A DNA stretch of 64,000 nt from positions 48,167 to 112,166 of the forward strand of contig NIVC01002610.1 of NCBI GenBank assembly GCA_002269645.1, written 5' to 3'. Positions 57,601-64,000 of this stretch are shown here, piece by piece; position 1 is the first letter of the stretch, and the number at the start of each line of letters is the position of its first letter. Under the pieces are notes generated by a model. That model made no database searches. It had not been told where the DNA came from and worked only from the letters and a program-made list of their open reading frames with translations. Both the position numbers and the translations under genes were made by a program. This DNA comes from Macrostomum lignano (lineage: Eukaryota).

Positions 57601-60600
57601 TGATTCTAATCGCGACTACTTCTGAGTTCTGACTTTTCAAAACAGACCCAGCATTAGTTGAACACGTTCTATTAAAGGGTTCCTTTATAGCCTATTAATG
57701 ATTACTAAAGGCAAGCCTATCTTAATTGATTTCTTTTCCTCGCAGATTCTGAAGTCAGCCACGCCAGCGACATGCCTAAGAGACAAGAATGCGCTTTAAC
57801 GATCAGCAGCGAGCATTCTGATCTCGCCGCTGCATCCGTCATTTGGTTCACTTGCTGCTCACAAGCCGCAGCAGCAGCAGCCGCTATCCGTGCAGGCAGT
57901 CAGTCTATTTGTGAATTTTCTGGTGGATCTGAAGAAAACCCGTCCGGCACAGGATTAAAGAGAAAGAGACGATCTGTTTTGGGTGAGTATTATCTGCTGT
58001 AGAAGTATTGTACACCAGAGTACTTGTGTTACTTGGTAGAGCACAATTCAAAAGCAATGCAACAATCTCAGTGGCATTGTTGGGACACAAGCTACAAACG
58101 CATTGAATAGTAAACACAGCCCAGCCTAGCTCAAGGCTAGTAATTTGTTGGGCATTTATTGGGACATTGCAGCCAGGCCTATTTTTTGAACAGCATTTGT
58201 TGGGTCGCACTTATTGGGACAATACTGATTCTAATCGCGACTACTTCTGAGTTCTGACTTTTCAAAACAGACCCAGCATTAGTTGAACACGTTCTATTAA
58301 AGGGTTCCTTTATAGCCTATTAATGATTACTAAAGGCAAGCCTATCTTAATTGATTTCTTTTCCTCGCAGATTCTGAAGTCAGCCACGCCAGCGACATGC
58401 CTAAGAGACAAGAATGCGCTTTAACGATCAGCAGCGAGCATTCTGATCTCGCCGCTGCATCCGTCATTTGGTTCACTTGCTGCTCACAAGCCGCAGCAGC
58501 AGCAGCCGCTATCCGTGCAGGCAGTCAGTCTATTTGTGAATTTTCTGGTGGATCTGAAGAAAACCCGTCCGGCACAGGATTAAAGAGAAAGAGACGATCT
58601 GTTTTGGGTGAGTATTATCTGCTGTAGAAGTATTGTACACCAGAGTACTTGTGTTACTTGGTAGAGCACAATTCAAAAGCAATGCAACAATCTCAGTGGC
58701 ATTGTTGGGACACAAGCTACAAACGCATTGAATAGTAAACACAGCCCAGCCTAGCTCAAGGCTAGTAATTTGTTGGGCATTTATTGGGACATTGCAGCCA
58801 GGCCTATTTTTTGAACAGCATTTGTTGGGTCGCACTTATTGGGACAATACTGATTCTAATCGCGACTACTTCTGAGTTCTGACTTTTCAAAACAGACCCA
58901 GCATTAGTTGAACACGTTCTATTAAAGGGTTCCTTTATAGCCTATTAATGATTACTAAAGCAAGCCTATCTTAATTGATTTCTTTTCCTCGCAGATTCTG
59001 AAGTCAGCCACGCCAGCGACATGCCTAAGAGACAAGAATGCGCTTTAACGATCAGCAGCGAGCATTCTGATCTCGCCGCTGCATCCGTCATTTGGTTCAC
59101 TTGCTGCTCACAAGCCGCAGCAGCAGCAGCCGCTATCCGTGCAGGCAGTCAGTCTCTTTGTGAATTTTCTGGTGGATCTGAAGAAAACCCGTCCGGCACA
59201 GGATTAAAGAGAAAGAGACGATCTGTTTTGGGTGAGTATTATCTGCTGTAGAAGTATTGTACACCAGAGTACTTGTGTTACTTGGTAGAGCACAATTCAA
59301 AAGCAATGCAACAATCTCAGTGGCATTGTTGGGACACAAGCTACAAACGCATTGAATAGTAAACACAGCCCAGCCTAGCTCAAGGCTAGTAATTTGTTGG
59401 GCATTTATTGGGACATTGCAGCCAGGCCTATTTTTTGAACAGCATTTGTTGGGTCGCACTTATTGGGACAATACTGATTCTAATCGCGACTACTTCTGAG
59501 TTCTGACTTTTCAAAACAGACCCAGCATTAGTTGAACACGTTCTATTAAAGGGTTCCTTTATAGCCTATTAATGATTACTAAAGCAAGCCTATCTTAATT
59601 GATTTCTTTTCCTCGCAGATTCTGAAGTCAGCCACGCCAGCGACATGCCTAAGAGACAAGAATGCGCTTTAACGATCAGCAGCGAGCATTCTGATCTCGC
59701 CGCTGCATCCGTCATTTGGTTCACTTGCTGCTCACAAGCCGCAGCAGCAGCAGCCGCTATCCGTGCAGGCAGTCAGTCTCTTTGTGAATTTTCTGGTGGA
59801 TCTGAAGAAAACCCGTCCGGCACAGGATTAAAGAGAAAGAGACGATCTGTTTTGGGTGAGTATTATCTGCTGTAGAAGTATTGTACACCAGAGTACTTGT
59901 GTTACTTGGTAGAGCACAATTCAAAAGCAATGCAACAATCTCAGTGGCATTGTTGGGACACAAGCTACAAACGCATTGAATAGTAAACACAGCCCAGCCT
60001 AGCTCAAGGCTAGTAATTTGTTGGGCATTTATTGGGACATTGCAGCCAGGCCTATTTTTTGAACAGCATTTGTTGGGTCGCACTTATTGGGACAATACTG
60101 ATTCTAATCGCGACTACTTCTGAGTTCTGACTTTTCAAAACAGACCCAGCATTAGTTGAACACGTTCTATTAAAGGGTTCCTTTATAGCCTATTAATGAT
60201 TACTAAAGCAAGCCTATCTTAATTGATTTCTTTTCCTCGCAGATTCTGAAGTCAGCCACGCCAGCGACATGCCTAAGAGACAAGAATGCGCTTTAACGAT
60301 CAGCAGCGAGCATTCTGATCTCGCCGCTGCATCCGTCATTTGGTTCACTTGCTGCTCACAAGCCGCAGCAGCAGCAGCCGCTATCCGTGCAGGCAGTCAG
60401 TCTTTGTGAATTTTCTGGTGGATCTGAAGAAAACCCGTCCGGCACAGGATTAAAGAGAAAGAGACGATCTGTTTTGGGTGAGTATTATCTGCTGTAGAAG
60501 TATTGTACACCAGAGTACTTGTGTTACTTGGTAGAGCACAATTGAAAAGCAATGCAACAATCTCAGTGGCATTGTTGGGACACAAGCTACAAACGCATTG

Positions 60601-62858
60601 AATAGTAAACACAGCCCAGCCTAGCTCAAGGCTAGTAATTTGTTGGGCATTTATTGGGACATTGCAGCCAGGCCTATTTTTTGAACAGCATTTGTTGGGT
60701 CGCACTTATTGGGACAATACTGATTCTAATCGCGACTACTTCTGAGTTCTGACTTTTCAAAACAGACCCAGCATTAGTTGAACACGTTCTATTAAAGGGT
60801 TCCTTTATAGCCTATTAATGATTACTAAAGCAAGCCTATCTTAATTGATTTCTTTTCCTCGCAGATTCTGAAGTCAGCCACGCCAGCGACATGCCTAAGA
60901 GACAAGAATGCGCTTTAACGATCAGCAGCGAGCATTCTGATCTCGCCGCTGCATCCGTCATTTGGTTCACTTGCTGCTCACAAGCCGCAGCAGCAGCAGC
61001 CGCTATCCGTGCAGGCAGTCAGTCTATTTGTGAATTTTCTGGTGGATCTGAAGAAAACCCGTCCGGCACAGGATTAAAGAGAAAGAGACGATCTGTTTTG
61101 GGTGAGTATTATCTGCTGTAGAAGTATTGTACACCAGAGTACTTGTGTTACTTGGTAGAGCACAATTCAAAAGCAATGCAACAATCTCAGTGGCATTGTT
61201 GGGACACAAGCTACAAACGCATTGAATAGTAAACACAGCCCAGCCTAGCTCAAGGCTAGTAATTTGTTGGGCATTTATTGGGACATTGCAGCCAGGCCTA
61301 TTTTTTGAACAGCATTTGTTGGGTCGCACTTATTGGGACAATACTGATTCTAATCGCGACTACTTCTGAGTTCTGACTTTTCAAAACAGACCCAGCATTA
61401 GTTGAACACGTTCTATTAAAGGGTTCCTTTATAGCCTATTAATGATTACTAAAGGCAAGCCTATCTTAATTGATTTCTTTTCCTCGCAGATTCTGAAGTC
61501 AGCCACGCCAGCGACATGCCTAAGAGACAAGAATGCGCTTTAACGATCAGCAGCGAGCATTCTGATCTCGCCGCTGCATCCGTCATTTGGTTCACTTGCT
61601 GCTCACAAGCCGCAGCAGCAGCAGCCGCTATCCGTGCAGGCAGTCAGTCTCTTTGTGAATTTTCTGGTGGATCTGAAGAAAACCCGTCCGGCACAGGATT
61701 AAAGAGAAAGAGACGATCTGTTTTGGGTGAGTATTATCTGCTGTAGAAGTATTGTACACCAGAGTACTTGTGTTACTTGGTAGAGCACAATTCAAAAGCA
61801 ATGCAACAATCTCAGTGGCATTGTTGGGACACAAGCTACAAACGCATTGAATAGTAAACACAGCCCAGCCTAGCTCAAGGCTAGTAATTTGTTGGGCATT
61901 TATTGGGACATTGCAGCCAGGCCTATTTTTTGAACAGCATTTGTTGGGTCGCACTTATTGGGACAATACTGATTCTAATCGCGACTACTTCTGAGTTCTG
62001 ACTTTTCAAAACAGACCCAGCATTAGTTGAACACGTTCTATTAAAGGGTTCCTTTATAGCCTATTAATGATTACTAAAGCAAGCCTATCTTAATTGATTT
62101 CTTTTCCTCGCAGATTCTGAAGTCAGCCACGCCAGCGACATGCCTAAGAGACAAGAATGCGCTTTAACGATCAGCAGCGAGCATTCTGATCTCGCCGCTG
62201 CATCCGTCATTTGGTTCACTTGCTGCTCACAGCAGCAGCAGCAGCAGCCGCTATCCGTGCAGGCAGTCAGTCTATTTGTGAATTTTCTGGTGGATCTGAA
62301 GAAAACCCGTCCGGCACAGGATTAAAGAGAAAGAGACGATCTGTTTTGGGTGAGTATTATCTGCTGTAGAAGTATTGTACACCAGAGTACTTGTGTTACT
62401 TGGTAGAGCACAATTCAAAAGCAATGCAACAATCTCAGTGGCATTGTTGGGACACAAGCTACAAACGCATTGAATAGTAAACACAGCCCAGCCTAGCTCA
62501 AGGCTAGTAATTTGTTGGGCATTTATTGGGACATTGCAGCCAGGCCTATTTTTTGAACAGCATTTGTTGGGTCGCACTTATTGGGACAATACTGATTCTA
62601 ATCGCGACTACTTCTGAGTTCTGACTTTTCAAAACAGACCCAGCATTAGTTGAACACGTTCTATTAAAGGGTTCCTTTATAGCCTATTAATGATTACTAA
62701 AGCAAGCCTATCTTAATTGATTTCTTTTCCTCGCAGATTCTGAAGTCAGCAACGCCAGCGACATGCCTAAGAGACAAGAATGCGCTTTAACGATCAGCAG
62801 CGAGCATTCTGATCTCGCCGCTGCATCCGTCATTTGGTTCACTTGCTGCTCACAAGCC

Positions 62859-62891
<33 letters not shown>

Positions 62892-62915
62892 GCTATCTGT
62901 GCAGCAGTCAGTTAA
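54676..62915 (+). other. Putative array of tandemly duplicated symmetric 237-nt exons (one per 625-bp unit)
   Basis: Each unit has TTTCTTTTCCTCGCAG|..237 nt..TTGG|GTGAGT (e.g. 55247-55483), phase 1/1, with only one open frame. The last copy ends in an in-frame TAA at 62913-62915. Confidence 0.4.
54704..62900. repeat. About 625-bp tandem repeat, about 13 near-identical copies
   Basis: Recurring ATG marker at 55273, 55898, 56523, 57147, 57772, 58397, 59021, 59645, about 60269, 60891, 61516, 62140 and about 62762. Confidence 0.98.
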
Positions 62916-63114
62916 TTCATGAGTTTTTTGGCGGAGCTGGTTATTTTTTAATTTTCTGAATCGAGAAGCCGATTAACTGCTGTGTGCTTCACTGGAATAT
63001 TATTTAGAGGACGCATTTTTTGCAGTCTGTTTCTAATAAAATCCGGTGCAATGACCGCGGTAGAGCTCTAGCATTTGCTTTTTATAGTATTTGTGTATAT
63101 TCTTTTTCAAGCTA

Positions 63115-63360
63115 TGCTGGAATTGTTGGGACAGCCCTATCCACACTGGCTATGGTGGAATTGTTGGACAGCCCTATCCACACTGGCTATGGTTGAATTG
63201 TTGGGACAGCCCTATCCACACTGGCTATGGTGGAATTGTTGGGACAGCCCTTTCCACACTGGCTATGGTGAATTGTTGGACAGCCCTATCCACACTGGCT
63301 ATGGTGGAATTGTTGGACAGCCCTATCCACACTGGCTATGGGAAATTGTTGGGACAGCCC
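63115..63360. repeat. 38-bp tandem repeat (GGAATTGTTGGGACAGCCCTATCCACACTGGCTATGGT), about 6.5 copies
   Basis: Direct inspection. Confidence 0.92.
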
Positions 63361-64000
63361 ATACTATAGTGTGTGCTGGCTTCTGCTATAGTGTGGTTCA
63401 TTTCCGCATCCTTTTACGTAGCATTCTGTGGGTCCGAATAGCTGACATGTACCTTTTGAGTAATTCTAGTGATTGTGTCATAATCAATAAAGTACATTTT
63501 TATGAACAGTGGAGTTTCGCTACAGAATTGTTTTTTCCCAGTGGCACTAAATGTAGCAAATTTTGTTTATTCAGATCGTAAAATTTTTTTGATATGTGTC
63601 AATGTCGTTTGTCTTCGATAACCTTAAAGTCCCTTGCCATTTACCATCCTGTCTTCTATAATCTATGATCGCTGAAATTATCTGGTGAAATTTGACGCGC
63701 TGATATTATTGCCTTAGTGGAATTCAGCAAGACACCAGGGTTTTTTAATTCTGTTTTAGACAAGTATACATGTACAATCTGTTGTGAGTTCAATGCACCT
63801 CGAAAAATGCTTTCCAACTGTTTTCAGTAAGCCAAAAGCATGTTGTCAATAAAAATCTATTTGGTGGGTTGAAAATTGCCTGTGTGGGGACGTGTGTGTG
63901 TGTGATTTTTCGTGTGTCGGAGCAGTCCAATATGTGCAAGTTTTTGCACACTTGGCCAATAAGTGCCTCGTGCACGTTTGTGTGGTGTGTGTGTGTGTGA

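Noticed and set aside
54760-62577. Repeated minus-strand ORF MRPNKCCSKNRPG..
   Set aside because: No recognisable domain, variable stop position between copies, and antisense to the better-supported splice signals.
54704-62900. Tandem SL RNA, snRNA, 5S or tRNA gene cluster
   Set aside because: Sm-like (ATTTTTTGA, AATTTTCTGG) and TGGTAGAGCA motifs are present, but there is no recognisable U1/U2/U4/U5/U6/5S sequence, no cloverleaf or B-box, and no leader ending directly at the GT donor with a nearby Sm site.

Overview
Repeat-rich eukaryotic (animal, probably invertebrate) genomic DNA; about half of the window is tandem repeat. The style resembles a free-living flatworm, but that is an unverified impression. 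Three genes are supported. (1) + strand 1159-14627: a nearly intronless giant ORF with a predicted N-myristoylation start, coiled coil, complete SecA-family ATPase motif set, a TPR and a hydrophobic hairpin. Across a short break at about 7186-7277 it continues into about 57 copies of a 123-bp/41-aa beta-rich repeat that is closed by a unique in-frame stop. (2) + strand 18648-22595: three-exon MTFP1/MTP18. (3) - strand 52195-28880: a multi-exon Musashi-family gene with only RRM2 visible, ending in the typical NGYH C-terminus. Other structure includes a 2.9-kb non-autonomous DNA transposon (15-bp TIRs, 8-bp TSD), several foldback elements, an intronic 19-bp array carrying Musashi-binding motifs on Musashi's own sense strand, and a 625-bp tandem array whose unit looks like a phase-1/phase-1 237-nt exon plus intron. 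All calls were made by eye, repeat boundaries and copy numbers are approximate, and no database search was run.
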